From the NCBI GenBank assembly GCA_937914955.1, contig CALDLQ010000093.1:19489-83488 (forward strand): a DNA stretch of 64,000 nucleotides. The letters are read 5' to 3'. A program made the translations under genes and the position numbers. Origin of the DNA: an uncultured Prevotella sp. (GTDB lineage: Bacteria > Bacteroidota > Bacteroidia > Bacteroidales > Bacteroidaceae). Positions 40,303 to 51,044 of the stretch are shown piece after piece (position 1 is the first letter of the stretch; every line of letters starts with the position of its first letter). The notes below the pieces were generated by a model. The model was not told where the DNA came from, made no database searches, and worked only from the letters and a program-made list of their open reading frames with translations.

Positions 40303-41742
40303 TCAAGCCATTCTGTCCAACAGTTCCACGAACACCCGCCAAATGTCTTCTATGGTGCTCAGCTCCACGCGCTCGCTGGTGGAGTGGGGCTCCACAATGC
40401 GGGGGCCGATGCTCGCAATCTCGATGCCTGGATACTTCTCTACGAAATAGCCGGCCTCCAGCACGAAGTGCATGGCAACCTTTCGTGGTCGCCAGCCCAG
40501 CACGTCGTTGAATGTGTCGGAAGTGAGGCGCAGGAAGTCCGACTCTTGGTTCTCTTGCCAGGCAGGAGCCGACATCACCAGCTCTGAAGTGGCGTGTGCT
40601 TTGGCAAACGTCGTGGCGATGTCCTTGCCCAGGGCTATCATGTCCTTGTCGATGAAACTGCGCGTGTGGGTGGAAACGAAGATGCAGTTCTCTTGGCTCA
40701 CGATGCGACCCACGTTGTTCGACGTTTCCACCGTTCCTTCCATCGTTTCGCTCATTTTCACCACACCCTGCGGCACCTGCTCCAGGGCTGTGAGCAATGC
40801 CTCCCAGCTCTCGCGGTTCAGGATGGTTTCCTGCCTTTCACATTTCTCGATGTGGCATCTTATGTTCGGGTCGTTCTCGCCAAATTCCTGCCGAATCCAT
40901 TCGTTGAGACTCTGTTCCTGCGATTTGACAAACTCTGCCGCTTCGCCCGAAGGCACACACACCACGATCTCTGCCGACGAGGCGATGCTCGCGTTGGCTT
41001 CGCCCACGCGGATGCTGCTGATGTCGAAGTCGTAGTCGTTGTAGATGGCTGCCAGGACAGCCCAAACGAGCACGGTGGCGCTGGCGCGCCCTTTGTTGAT
41101 GTCCACGCCCGAGTGGCCACCCAGTCCGCCGCTGATGCTGATGCGGTACCAGCGCCGCTTGCCGCCGGGTGCCGCTTGCCTTCTGACAGGAATGCGGTGG
41201 AACTGCAGGTAAGCGCCTGCGGCGCCCGTGGTGATGGTGTCGTAGTCCTCAGAGTCCAGGTTGATCACCTTTCGTCCGCGAATGAAGTCGGCCGAAAGAT
41301 TGGCTGCGCCCGACATGCCGTCCTCCTCGTTGGTGGTGGTGATGACTTCCAGCGGTCCGTGAACAATTTGTTCGCTGGCCAGCACGGCCAGCGCCATGGA
41401 GAGCCCTATGCCGTTGTCGGCACCGAGCGATGTGCCCCGCGCCTTCATCCATCCGTTCTCCTCGTAGGCCTGAATGGGGTCGTTGAGTGGATCCTGCATG
41501 CCCACGCACACCATGTCCATGTGGTTGAGCACCACCACGGGCTCAGCCGCCTCGTGCCCCGGCGTTGCCGCTTTGCGAATGACGACGCAGTTCTGCGCGT
41601 CGCGCTGATAGTCGAGCCCATGCTCTTGGGCAAACTGGCACAGGAAGTCGGCCACGCGCTCCTCGTGGTGCGAAGGGCGGGGTATTTTGTTGAGCTGCTT
41701 GAAGATGTTGAAGACAGTCTCGGTGTTTGGATAATTGCTCAT
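40303..41742 (-). CDS. pepD: Aminoacyl-histidine dipeptidase (M20)
   Basis: IPRPS.HE, HMDMV, LGADNGIG, EEDGM.GA, GGHSG, H..LE.G; -7 box on the minus strand at 41830-41837. Confidence 0.9.
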   Translation of the reverse strand: MSNYPNTETVFNIFKQLNKIPRPSHHEERVADFLCQFAQEHGLDYQRDAQNCVVIRKAATPGHEAAEPVVVLNHMDMVCVGMQDPLNDPIQAYEENGWMKARGTSLGADNGIGLSMALAVLASEQIVHGPLEVITTTNEEDGMSGAANLSADFIRGRKVINLDSEDYDTITTGAAGAYLQFHRIPVRRQAAPGGKRRWYRISISGGLGGHSGVDINKGRASATVLVWAVLAAIYNDYDFDISSIRVGEANASIASSAEIVVCVPSGEAAEFVKSQEQSLNEWIRQEFGENDPNIRCHIEKCERQETILNRESWEALLTALEQVPQGVVKMSETMEGTVETSNNVGRIVSQENCIFVSTHTRSFIDKDMIALGKDIATTFAKAHATSELVMSAPAWQENQESDFLRLTSDTFNDVLGWRPRKVAMHFVLEAGYFVEKYPGIEIASIGPRIVEPHSTSERVELSTIEDIWRVFVELLDRMA

Positions 41743-41887
41743 GTTTTGTTTTGGGTTTACGGGGGTGTTTTTTATGTTTTTCTCGATGTTTTTGGGTGAA
41801 AACGCGGACGTTGTTTCGCCTTTTGCCCACAAAGATAATACAATCCCACGGAATAGCAACAAATTTTCTAGAGAATTTCATCTTAAT

Positions 41888-41957
41888 GCCGTGAAATAAA
41901 AAAATATCTCCCGACGATAATTTTCTGTCGTCGGGAGATATTTTTTTATTTCACGGC
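41888..41957. repeat. Perfect 30-bp-arm inverted repeat
   Basis: gccgtgaaataaaaaaatatctcccgacga-N10-tcgtcgggagatatttttttatttcacggc. Confidence 0.9.
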
Positions 41958-42198
41958 CAAGTGGTTTTCGTTCGTTGTGGCGGCTCCAGGGGGCCGCATT
42001 GGCCGTTGGCCACCCGGCGAGGAAGCAGGAAATGTGCGGCAGATAAAATCCTACATTCCAAGTTTTTTGGCCGGACGGCCATTTTTTCTGTTTTTATGGC
42101 AGAAGTTCGGAAATAATGTTGTACCTTTGCAGCATTAAAAGGCGGGAGCCTAATCGAATGCTTACTAAAGCACACAATTTTTATCAAAAAACATATAT

Positions 42199-42549
42199 AT
42201 GTATTTTACGTTGTTTATTACCGTCATTGTGACGGCTATTACGCTAGTGGTGGCAGCTTACGCTATTGCTAAGCTGATAGGTCCACGCTCATACAACAAG
42301 GTAAAAGGTGAACCCTACGAGTGCGGTATTCCCACTCGTGGCAGTTCGTGGTTGCCTGTGAGTGTGGGATTCTATCTGTTTGCCATCCTCTTCCTCATGT
42401 TTGATGTGGAAACTGTGTTTCTGTATCCATGGGCAGTGGTAGTGAAGGAGTTTGGTGGTGCAGCTCTGCTGAGCATCGGCTTCTTCTTGGTAGTACTTGT
42501 GTTTGGCCTGGCCTATGCTTGGCGGAAAGGAGCGCTCGAATGGAAATAA
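42199..42549 (+). CDS. nuoA: NADH-quinone oxidoreductase subunit A
   Basis: PYECG, FDVE..FLYPWA, KGALEW; -7 box at 42122-42129. Confidence 0.97.
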   Translation: MYFTLFITVIVTAITLVVAAYAIAKLIGPRSYNKVKGEPYECGIPTRGSSWLPVSVGFYLFAILFLMFDVETVFLYPWAVVVKEFGGAALLSIGFFLVVLVFGLAYAWRKGALEWK

Positions 42550-43268
42550 AGCCGAAAATCAAGAGCATTCCCTACGGCGAGTGGAACGACAACGAGTCGT
42601 TGGAGAAGCTGGTTGACGAGCTCCACGAGGGCGGCGTCAACGTGGTGACAGGCTCGCTGGACAAACTCATCAACTGGGGTCGCGCCAACTCGCTGTGGTC
42701 GCTGACGTTTGCCACCTCGTGCTGTGGCATCGAGTTTATGGCTTGCGGCTGCTCGCGTTACGACTTTGCGCGTTTCGGTTTCGAGGTGACGCGCAACTCT
42801 CCCCGTCAGGCCGACCTCATCATGTGCGCCGGTACCATCACCCACAAGATGGCTCCCGCGCTGAAGCGCCTGTACGACGAGATGGCCGAGCCTAAGTATG
42901 TCATCGCCGTGGGTGGCTGTGCCATCAGTGGCGGCCCGTTCAAGTCGAGCTACCACGTGGTGAAGGGCATCGAGGAGATTGTTCCCGTGGATGTGTTCAT
43001 CCCCGGTTGTCCCCCGCGTCCCGAGGCCATCATGTATGGCATGATGCAGCTGCAGCGCAAGGTGAAGATCGAGAAATTCTTCGGCGGAGTGAATCACAAG
43101 CAGAACCGCGATGAACGTCAGCTCGGCGTTTCGAACGAGGAGCTCACGGCGCGCCGTCTGGGCGACCGCCGCAGGGAACCCATCGTGGTGACGCATGTGC
43201 CCGAGGAGTTTGTTGAGGAACTGAAGAAAGAAAAGGTTGAAGTAACGAAGAAGGAGGAGCAGGCATGA
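42540..43268 (+). CDS. nuoB: NADH-quinone oxidoreductase subunit B
   Basis: CCGIE, SPRQAD, PGCPPRPE. Confidence 0.97.
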   Translation: MEIKPKIKSIPYGEWNDNESLEKLVDELHEGGVNVVTGSLDKLINWGRANSLWSLTFATSCCGIEFMACGCSRYDFARFGFEVTRNSPRQADLIMCAGTITHKMAPALKRLYDEMAEPKYVIAVGGCAISGGPFKSSYHVVKGIEEIVPVDVFIPGCPPRPEAIMYGMMQLQRKVKIEKFFGGVNHKQNRDERQLGVSNEELTARRLGDRRREPIVVTHVPEEFVEELKKEKVEVTKKEEQA

Positions 43269-44878
43269 AATTAGAGTTCTTATCATTCCCGTTTGACAAG
43301 TTCGCCAAGGAAATGCGGAACTTGAAGGAGCAGAAGGGCTTCGACTATCTGGTGACCATCGTCGGCGAGGACTTCGGCGGCGAAGAGGGGCTGGGATGTA
43401 TCTACATTCTGGAAAACTCGCAGAGCCACGAGCGCTGTTCGGTGAAGATGCTGGCGCGCACACAGGTTTGCGGCGACGGACTGGCCTCTAACGGCACCGG
43501 CGAAACCGACGGCCTGCTGACACCCTATATTCCCTCGGTGATTGACATTTGGCACGTGGCCAACCTGCTGGAGCGCGAGGTATATGACTTCTTTGGCATC
43601 GTCTTCCTGGGCCATCCCGACATGCGCCGCCTGTTCCTGCGCAGCGACTTCAAGGGATTCCCCTTCCGCAAGGACTGGAAGTTCAACGACGAATATACGC
43701 TCGACGACGACGTGGAGCCCGACTACGGACTGGAGTATTATCTGGACAAGGACGGCAACTTGCAGTCGAAGCAGAACGCCCTGTTCGGCGAGAACGACTA
43801 TGTGATGAACATCGGCCCGCAGCACCCCTCCACCCACGGAGTGCTCCGCCTGCAGACTGTGCTCGACGGCGAGACGGTGAAGCGCGTCTATCCCCATTTG
43901 GGATACATTCACCGTGGCATCGAAAAGATGTGCGAGAGCTACACCTATCCGCAGACCTTGGCTTTAACCGACCGTCTTAACTACCTGAGCGCCATGATGC
44001 ACCGCCATGCACTGGTGGGTGTGATTGAGGAAGGCATGGGCATCGAACTGACCGACCGCATCAAGTACATCCGCACCATCATGGACGAGCTGCAGCGCAT
44101 CAACTCGCACCTGCTCTACGTGGGCTGCTGCGCGCAGGACATGGGCGCGCTCACCGCGTTCCTCTATTCCATGCGCGACCGCGAGCATGTGCTCAACTGC
44201 ATGGAGGAGACCACGGGCGGACGACTCATACAGAACTATTACAGAATAGGTGGTCTGCAGGACGACATCGACCCCAACTTCGTGAAGAACGTGAAGGATC
44301 TCATCAAGTACATGAAGCCCATCATTCAGGAGTACGTCGATGTGTTTGGCGACAACATCATCACCCACAACCGTTTCGAGAACGTGGGCCCCATGAGTCT
44401 GGAAGACTGCATCTCGTATGCCGTGACCGGCCCCGCCGGACGCGCCTCGGGATGGAAGAACGATGTGCGCAAGAACCATCCTTACGACATGTACGACAAA
44501 GTGGAGTGGGAGCAGGTCACCATGACCGGCTGCGACACCATGGACCGCTACACCTGCCACATCAAGGAGATGTATCAGAGCCTGGCCATCATCGAGCAGC
44601 TCATCGACAACATCCCCGAGGGTGAGTTCTACCTGAAGCAGAAGCCCATCATCAAGGTGCCCGAGGGACAGTGGTACTTCTCGGTTGAAGGCGCCAGCGG
44701 TGAGTTTGGCGTCTATCTCGACTCGCGCGGCGACAAGAGTCCTTACCGTCTGAAGATGCGCCCCATGGGCCTCTCGCTCACCGGTGCGCTCGACCCCATG
44801 CTGCGCGGCCAGAAGATAGCCGACCTCGTGGCCACGGGTGCCGCTATAGACTTCGTTATTCCCGATATCGACAGATAG
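43265..44878 (+). CDS. nuoCD: NADH-quinone oxidoreductase subunit C/D fusion
   Basis: ERE.YD.FGI.F.GHP..RR, NIGPQHPSTHGVLRL, GYIHRG.EK, DIDR. Confidence 0.96.
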   Translation: MKLEFLSFPFDKFAKEMRNLKEQKGFDYLVTIVGEDFGGEEGLGCIYILENSQSHERCSVKMLARTQVCGDGLASNGTGETDGLLTPYIPSVIDIWHVANLLEREVYDFFGIVFLGHPDMRRLFLRSDFKGFPFRKDWKFNDEYTLDDDVEPDYGLEYYLDKDGNLQSKQNALFGENDYVMNIGPQHPSTHGVLRLQTVLDGETVKRVYPHLGYIHRGIEKMCESYTYPQTLALTDRLNYLSAMMHRHALVGVIEEGMGIELTDRIKYIRTIMDELQRINSHLLYVGCCAQDMGALTAFLYSMRDREHVLNCMEETTGGRLIQNYYRIGGLQDDIDPNFVKNVKDLIKYMKPIIQEYVDVFGDNIITHNRFENVGPMSLEDCISYAVTGPAGRASGWKNDVRKNHPYDMYDKVEWEQVTMTGCDTMDRYTCHIKEMYQSLAIIEQLIDNIPEGEFYLKQKPIIKVPEGQWYFSVEGASGEFGVYLDSRGDKSPYRLKMRPMGLSLTGALDPMLRGQKIADLVATGAAIDFVIPDIDR

Positions 44879-44980
44879 AACAAGTAGAAAAAGATGAAAA
44901 GAATAAAGGAATGGATTGAGGATGCTCTCAACGCCCTTTCATTGATTCTTGCATTCTTGAAATAAAAAAGAATAAGCATT

Positions 44981-46066
44981 ATGTTTGATTTTTCGATAGT
45001 AACACAATGGTTCGACACCCTCCTGCGCCAGACGCTGGGGTTGGGGGATTTCTGGTCGATATTGATTGAGTGTGTACTGGTGGGTGCCATCATCCTTACG
45101 GGATATGCGCTCATTGCCATCGCACTGATATTCATGGAGCGCAAGGTCTGCGCCTACTTCCAGTGCCGTCTGGGCCCGATGCGCGTAGGCTACTGGGGCT
45201 TGCTTCAGGTGTTTGCCGACGTGCTGAAGATGCTCATCAAGGAGATCTTCTTCGTCGATAGGGCCGACAAGCTGCTCTACATCATTGCTCCTCTGCTGGT
45301 GATCATGGGTTCGGTGGGAGCCTTCTCGTTCCTTCCGTGGAACAAGGGAGCCGTGGTGCTCGACTTCAATGTGGGCATCTTCCTTCTGACAGCCATTTCG
45401 TCCATCGGCGTGGTGGGCATCTTCCTCGCCGGTTGGGGCTCGAACAACAAGTATTCGGTGGTTTCGGCCATGCGTGGTGCCGTGCAGATGATATCCTACG
45501 AGATTTCGCTCTGCCTCTGCCTCATCACAGCCGTCATCCTGACGGGTACGCTGCAGATTTCGGGCATCGTCGAGGCACAGAAGGACTCGTGGCTCATCTT
45601 CAAGGGCTTTGCCGCCATTCCGGCCATCATCGCTTTCCTGATATTCCTCGTTGCCGGCAACGCCGAGGCCAACCGTGGCCCGTTCGACATGGCCGAGGCC
45701 GAGAGCGAACTCACCGCTGGTCACCACACCGAGTACAGCGGCATGGGCTTCGGATTCTTCTATTTGGCTGAGTTCCTCAACCTGTTCATCATTGCCGGCG
45801 TGGCCGCCACTGTGTTCCTGGGCGGATGGATGCCATTCCACATCAAGGGGCTCGACGGTTTCAACAGCGTGATGGACTTCATTCCCGGAATCGTTTGGTT
45901 CATGGGCAAAACCTTTGCCCTGGTGTGGCTGCTGATGTGGATAAAGTGGACTTTCCCCCGTCTGCGCATTGACCAGATACTGAAACTGGAGTGGAAATAT
46001 CTCATGCCCGCTTCGCTCATCAACCTGGTGCTGATGACCGTGGCAGTGGCCTTGTGCCAATCTTAA
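44981..46066 (+). CDS. nuoH: NADH-quinone oxidoreductase subunit H
   Basis: ERK...Q.RLGP, E.NR.PFD..EAESEL, PR.R.DQ. Confidence 0.97.
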   Translation: MFDFSIVTQWFDTLLRQTLGLGDFWSILIECVLVGAIILTGYALIAIALIFMERKVCAYFQCRLGPMRVGYWGLLQVFADVLKMLIKEIFFVDRADKLLYIIAPLLVIMGSVGAFSFLPWNKGAVVLDFNVGIFLLTAISSIGVVGIFLAGWGSNNKYSVVSAMRGAVQMISYEISLCLCLITAVILTGTLQISGIVEAQKDSWLIFKGFAAIPAIIAFLIFLVAGNAEANRGPFDMAEAESELTAGHHTEYSGMGFGFFYLAEFLNLFIIAGVAATVFLGGWMPFHIKGLDGFNSVMDFIPGIVWFMGKTFALVWLLMWIKWTFPRLRIDQILKLEWKYLMPASLINLVLMTVAVALCQS

Positions 46067-46099
46067 AACAGTTAAGCAATTCCAACAGAAGAAATAAGA

Positions 46100-46645
46100 A
46101 TGGAAAACAATCAATCATATTTCGGAGAACTCGGACACGGCATCAAGACACTTGCCACGGGTATGAAGATCACCTGGAAAGAGTATTTCAAGGACTTCTT
46201 CACCAACAAGTCAACGGAGCAGTATCCCGAGAACCGCAAGACCACGCTGCACGTGGCCAAACGCCATCGCGGGCGACTCGTGTTCAAACGCGATGAGAAC
46301 GGCAACTACAAGTGTACGGCTTGCACATTATGCGAAAAGACCTGCCCCAACGGCACCATCAACATTAAGACCGAAATGGTGACCGACGAGGCAACAGGCA
46401 AGAAGAAGCGCCGCTTGGTGGACTACCAGTACGATCTGGGCGACTGCATGTTCTGTCAGCTCTGCACCAACGCTTGCAACTTCGACGCCATCGAGTTTAC
46501 AAACGATTTCGAAAACGCCGTGTTCGACCGCAACAAACTGGTTCTGCACCTTGACAAGGAGGTCTATGACGGCGGCTCGCTGCCCAATCTGCGCGATGGC
46601 GGCGCACCTTTCGAAGTAGGTAAGTTTAACACCAAAACAAAATAA
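46100..46645 (+). CDS. nuoI: NADH-quinone oxidoreductase subunit I
   Basis: Two CxxCxxCxxxC motifs; TEQYPE. Confidence 0.95.
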   Translation: MENNQSYFGELGHGIKTLATGMKITWKEYFKDFFTNKSTEQYPENRKTTLHVAKRHRGRLVFKRDENGNYKCTACTLCEKTCPNGTINIKTEMVTDEATGKKKRRLVDYQYDLGDCMFCQLCTNACNFDAIEFTNDFENAVFDRNKLVLHLDKEVYDGGSLPNLRDGGAPFEVGKFNTKTK

Positions 46646-46661
46646 AGGAGGCAGAAACGTT

Positions 46662-47174
46662 ATGGCTAATTATATTGTATTTGCACTTCTTGCTGTTGTC
46701 ATTCTCGGCTCTGCCGTGATGTGTGTGACAACGAAGCGCATCATGCGGGCAGCCACATTCCTGCTGTTCGTCTTGTTTGGTATCGCAGGCATTTATTTCC
46801 TGCTCGACTACACATTCCTGGGTGCAGCCCAAATCAGCATCTATGCGGGCGGCGTCACCATGATCTATGTGTTTGCCATCCAGCTGGTCAACAAACGCAC
46901 CCTTCAAGGAATGGTTGAACGTATGAAAGGCAGCCGTGTGCTCTTCGGGGCGTTCATGGCACTGCTTGGATTGGCAGTGACGGTGGTGGTGTTCATGAAG
47001 AACATGTTCATCGACATGTCGGCCAATCTGGCCGATGCCGAGGTTCCCATGAAGGAAATCGGAACGGCGCTGGTGGGTTCGGAGAAGTATCAGTATGTGC
47101 TTCCCTTCGAGTTCATCTCGGTGTTCCTCTTGGCATGTATCATTGGTGGAATCGTCATTTCAAGAAAGGAGTAA
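46662..47174 (+). CDS. nuoJ: NADH-quinone oxidoreductase subunit J
   Basis: Q..IYAGG, LPFE..S. Confidence 0.95.
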   Translation: MANYIVFALLAVVILGSAVMCVTTKRIMRAATFLLFVLFGIAGIYFLLDYTFLGAAQISIYAGGVTMIYVFAIQLVNKRTLQGMVERMKGSRVLFGAFMALLGLAVTVVVFMKNMFIDMSANLADAEVPMKEIGTALVGSEKYQYVLPFEFISVFLLACIIGGIVISRKE

Positions 47175-47182
47175 GAAAGAGT

Positions 47183-47491
47183 ATGGTACCAGTAGAATTT
47201 TTCTTTGTGCTGAGCGCACTGTTGTTCTTCATTGGCGTTTTCGGGTTCGTCACTCGTCGCAACCTGATTGCCATGCTCATCTCCACTGAGCTCATCCTGA
47301 ATGCTGTGGACATCAATTTCGCCGCGTTCAACCGTCTGCTTTATCCCGGGCAGCTCGAGGGTTTCTTCTTCACGCTGTTTGCCATGGGTGTGGCCGCTGC
47401 CGAGACAGCCGTGGCGATAGCTATAATCATCAACGTTTACCGCAACTTCAAGAGTGATCAGGTGAACAGTATTGAAAACATGAAATGGTAA
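47183..47491 (+). CDS. nuoK: NADH-quinone oxidoreductase subunit K
   Basis: RRNLI..L.S.EL.LNA, AAAE.AV. Confidence 0.95.
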   Translation: MVPVEFFFVLSALLFFIGVFGFVTRRNLIAMLISTELILNAVDINFAAFNRLLYPGQLEGFFFTLFAMGVAAAETAVAIAIIINVYRNFKSDQVNSIENMKW

Positions 47492-47498
47492 TTAAGAG

Positions 47499-49478
47499 AT
47501 GGATTACGGATATACATTTTTAATACTCCTTCTGCCTGCACTCTCGTTCCTCATTTTGGGACTTTGCGGTATGAAGATGTCGCACAAAGCCGCAGGCCTT
47601 GTCGGCACGACCTCGTTGGGTATAGTGACCATACTGTCTTACCTCACGGCCATCAGCTATTTCACGGCTGGGCGAGGTGCTGACGGTACGTTTACAACCC
47701 TCGTTCCTTACAACTTCACATGGCTGCCGATGGGACGGCTGCATTTTGACATGGGCATTCTGCTCGACCCGATTTCGGTGGTGATGCTCATCGTCATCTC
47801 TACGGTCAGCCTGATGGTTCATATCTATTCGTTTGGCTACATGCACGGCGAGAAAGGTTTCCAGCGCTACTACGCATTCCTCTCGCTGTTCACCATGTCG
47901 ATGCTTGGACTGGTGGTGGCAACCAACATCTTCCAGATGTATCTGTTCTGGGAGCTGGTGGGCGTTTCTTCCTATTTGCTCATTGGTTTCTACTATCCGT
48001 TGGGCGCTGCCGTTGCCGCATCGAAGAAGGCTTTCATCGTGACTCGCTTTGCAGACATGTTCTTCCTCATCGGAATCTTGATTTTCGGCTACTACACGGG
48101 TTCGTTCAGCTTCTCCTTTGCGGGCAACATCGAGATGGGTGCCTGCGCGGCACCGTTCGCCACATGCAATGCCGGGCGCGTAGCGGCCATGAGCGGTTTC
48201 ATCCTTCCCACGGCGTTGGTGCTGATGTTCATCGGTGGTGCCGGTAAGAGTGCCATGTTCCCCTTGCACATCTGGCTGCCCGATGCCATGGAAGGCCCCA
48301 CGCCTGTTTCGGCCTTGATTCACGCCGCCACCATGGTGGTTGCCGGTGTCTATCAGGTGGCTCGCATGTTCCCGCTTTGGATTGAGTATGCCCCGCAGGC
48401 CATGAGCGTCATCGTGTGGGTGGGTGTCATCACGGCTTTCTATGCCGCTGCCGTGGCATGCGCTCAGAGCGACATCAAGCGTGTGCTGGCATTCTCCACC
48501 ATTTCGCAGATTGCCTTCATGATGGTAGCCCTCGGCGTTTGTCTGCCTGGTCACCACGGCGCCGTGCTCGACAACCATGCCCAGCTGGGCTACATGGCTG
48601 GTATGTTCCACCTGTTCACTCACGCCATGTTCAAGGCTTGCCTCTTCTTGGGAGCCGGTTGCATCATCCACGCCGTCCATTCCAACGAAATGTCCATGAT
48701 GGGCGGGCTGCGCAAGTACATGCCCATCACCCACATCACTTTCCTCATCAGCTGTTTGGCCATTGCGGGCATCCCTCCGTTCTCGGGATTCTTCTCGAAG
48801 GACGAGATTCTCACCGCCTGCATGCAGTACAGTCCTGTGGTGGGATGGATCATGACCGGTGTGGCAGCCATGACGGCGTTCTACATGTTCCGTCTGTACT
48901 ATGGCATTTTCTGGGGTACTGAAAACAAGGAGGCTCACGAGCACCACACTCCCCACGAGGCTCCTTGGACCATGACCCTTCCTCTCATTGTTCTCTCTGT
49001 GATTACGATTGTTTGCGGTTGGCTGCCCCTGGGTGGCAACTGGATGCCTTTTGGCCATTTCGTCAGCGCAAGCGGCCAGGCTTACGACATCCATCTCGAC
49101 ATGTCGGTAGCCATCACCAGCGTGGTGATTGCCATTGCCAGCATTGCGCTCGCCACCTATATATATAAAGGTGAGCAGCAGCCCATTGCCGACATGCTCT
49201 ACAAGCGCTTCCCCCGTTTGCACCGTGCAGCCTACAAGCGTTTCTATCAGGACGAAATCTGGCAGTTTGTCACTCACAAGATCATCTTCCGTTGCGTTTC
49301 GCGTCCCATTGCATGGTTCGACCGTCATGTCATCGACGGAACCTTCAACTTCTCGGCTTGGGGAGCCAACGAGGCCGGCGAAAGCCTGCGTCCGTGGCAG
49401 AGCGGCGATGTGCGCCAGTATGCCGTTTGGTTCCTTACGGGTACGGTGGCATTGACATTGATACTGCTCGCGTTGTAA
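47499..49478 (+). CDS. nuoL: NADH-quinone oxidoreductase subunit L
   Basis: GKSA.FPLH.WLPDAMEGPTPVSALIHAATMV. Confidence 0.97.
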   Translation: MDYGYTFLILLLPALSFLILGLCGMKMSHKAAGLVGTTSLGIVTILSYLTAISYFTAGRGADGTFTTLVPYNFTWLPMGRLHFDMGILLDPISVVMLIVISTVSLMVHIYSFGYMHGEKGFQRYYAFLSLFTMSMLGLVVATNIFQMYLFWELVGVSSYLLIGFYYPLGAAVAASKKAFIVTRFADMFFLIGILIFGYYTGSFSFSFAGNIEMGACAAPFATCNAGRVAAMSGFILPTALVLMFIGGAGKSAMFPLHIWLPDAMEGPTPVSALIHAATMVVAGVYQVARMFPLWIEYAPQAMSVIVWVGVITAFYAAAVACAQSDIKRVLAFSTISQIAFMMVALGVCLPGHHGAVLDNHAQLGYMAGMFHLFTHAMFKACLFLGAGCIIHAVHSNEMSMMGGLRKYMPITHITFLISCLAIAGIPPFSGFFSKDEILTACMQYSPVVGWIMTGVAAMTAFYMFRLYYGIFWGTENKEAHEHHTPHEAPWTMTLPLIVLSVITIVCGWLPLGGNWMPFGHFVSASGQAYDIHLDMSVAITSVVIAIASIALATYIYKGEQQPIADMLYKRFPRLHRAAYKRFYQDEIWQFVTHKIIFRCVSRPIAWFDRHVIDGTFNFSAWGANEAGESLRPWQSGDVRQYAVWFLTGTVALTLILLAL

Positions 49479-49523
49479 TAGGAAAAACAGAAAACGTAAA
49501 TTCTCAAATTGTAAATTACAGAT

Positions 49524-51023
49524 ATGAATATATTAAGTCTATTCGTAGTTATACCCGCACTCATGCTGGTTGGCTTGTGGCTCAGCCGCAATCTCAATCA
49601 GGTGCGTGGTGTGATGGTAGCGGGCTCGTCGTGTCTGCTGGCACTCTCCGTATGGCTGACCATCTATTTTGTTCAGCAGCGCGCTGCCGGCAACAACGAT
49701 GTCATGCTGCTGGCTGCCAGCACACCTTGGTTCAAGCCTTTGAACATTGCCTACTCGGTGGGCGTCGATGGCATTTCGGTGGTCATGTTGCTGCTCTCGA
49801 GCATCATCGTCTTCACCGGTACGTTTGCTTCGTGGCAGCTCAAACCGCTCACCAAGGAGTATTTCCTTTGGTTCACGTTGCTGTCAACGGGCGTTTTCGG
49901 ATTCTTCATTTGCACCGACCTGTTCACCATGTTCATGTTCTACGAGGTGGCGCTCATCCCGATGTATCTGCTCATTGGTGTTTGGGGTAGTGGTGCCAAG
50001 GAATATGCTGCCATGAAGCTGACGCTCATGCTCATGGGAGGTTCCGCCCTGCTCATCATAGGCATTCTGGGCATCTACTTCTTCAGTGGTGCCACCACCA
50101 TGAACGTGACGGCCATAGCCGCCATGCACAACATTCCGGTGGAGATACAGAAGATTTTCTTCCCCTTCATCTTCATTGGATTCGGTGTGCTGGGCGCCAT
50201 GTTCCCGTTCCACACTTGGTCTCCCGACGGTCATGCTTCGGCCCCCACGGCAGTGTCGATGCTCCATGCCGGCGTGCTGATGAAGCTGGGAGGCTACGGC
50301 TGCTTCCGCGTGGCTATGTACTTGCTGCCCGACGCCGCCCGTGAACTCTCTTGGATTTTCCTCATCCTTACCACCATTTCGGTGGTCTATGGAGCCCTTT
50401 CGGCTTGTGTGCAGACCGACCTCAAGTACATCAATGCCTACTCGTCGGTGAGCCACTGCGGACTGGTGCTCTTTGCGCTGCTCATGATGACCAACACCGC
50501 CTGTACGGGAGCCATCATTCAGATGCTCTCTCACGGATTGATGACAGCTCTGTTCTTCGCCCTCATCGGTATGATTTACGGGCGCACCCACACGCGCGAC
50601 GTGCGGCGGTTGGGTGGACTGATGAAGATCATGCCCTTCCTGGGCGTGGGCTACGTCATTGCCGGTTTGGCTAACCTCGGATTGCCGGGCTTCTCTGGGT
50701 TCGCTGCCGAGATGACCATCTTTGTGGGTTCGTTTGCCAACAACGACACCTTCCACCGTGTTTGTACCATCATTGCCTGTACCAGCATTGTTGCCACGGC
50801 CGTGTTCATCCTGCGCGTGGTTGGTAAGATTCTCTATGGCAAAGTGGCCGATCCTCACTATGAGCATCTGACCGACGCCACTTGGGACGAGCGTGTAGCC
50901 GTCTGCTGTCTTATCTTCTGTGTGGCCGGTCTGGGTCTGTTCCCCTTGTGGGCCAGCAATGTCATCAGTGATGCCGTGCTCCCCATCCTGACGGTTGTTA
51001 ATCCTGCATACGCTAACATTTAA
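49524..51023 (+). CDS. nuoM: NADH-quinone oxidoreductase subunit M
   Basis: FPFHTW.PD.H..APT, LMKLGGYG. Confidence 0.96.
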   Translation: MNILSLFVVIPALMLVGLWLSRNLNQVRGVMVAGSSCLLALSVWLTIYFVQQRAAGNNDVMLLAASTPWFKPLNIAYSVGVDGISVVMLLLSSIIVFTGTFASWQLKPLTKEYFLWFTLLSTGVFGFFICTDLFTMFMFYEVALIPMYLLIGVWGSGAKEYAAMKLTLMLMGGSALLIIGILGIYFFSGATTMNVTAIAAMHNIPVEIQKIFFPFIFIGFGVLGAMFPFHTWSPDGHASAPTAVSMLHAGVLMKLGGYGCFRVAMYLLPDAARELSWIFLILTTISVVYGALSACVQTDLKYINAYSSVSHCGLVLFALLMMTNTACTGAIIQMLSHGLMTALFFALIGMIYGRTHTRDVRRLGGLMKIMPFLGVGYVIAGLANLGLPGFSGFAAEMTIFVGSFANNDTFHRVCTIIACTSIVATAVFILRVVGKILYGKVADPHYEHLTDATWDERVAVCCLIFCVAGLGLFPLWASNVISDAVLPILTVVNPAYANI

Positions 51024-51044
51024 TCAAGAAGGAGAAAAAGAAAA

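Noticed and set aside
47520..49328. 602-aa antisense ORF, and many similar long opposite-strand ORFs over guaA, metH, moxR, queA, pepD and nuo genes
   Set aside because: Shadow frames of well-recognised genes, expected from biased codon usage; no motifs of their own.
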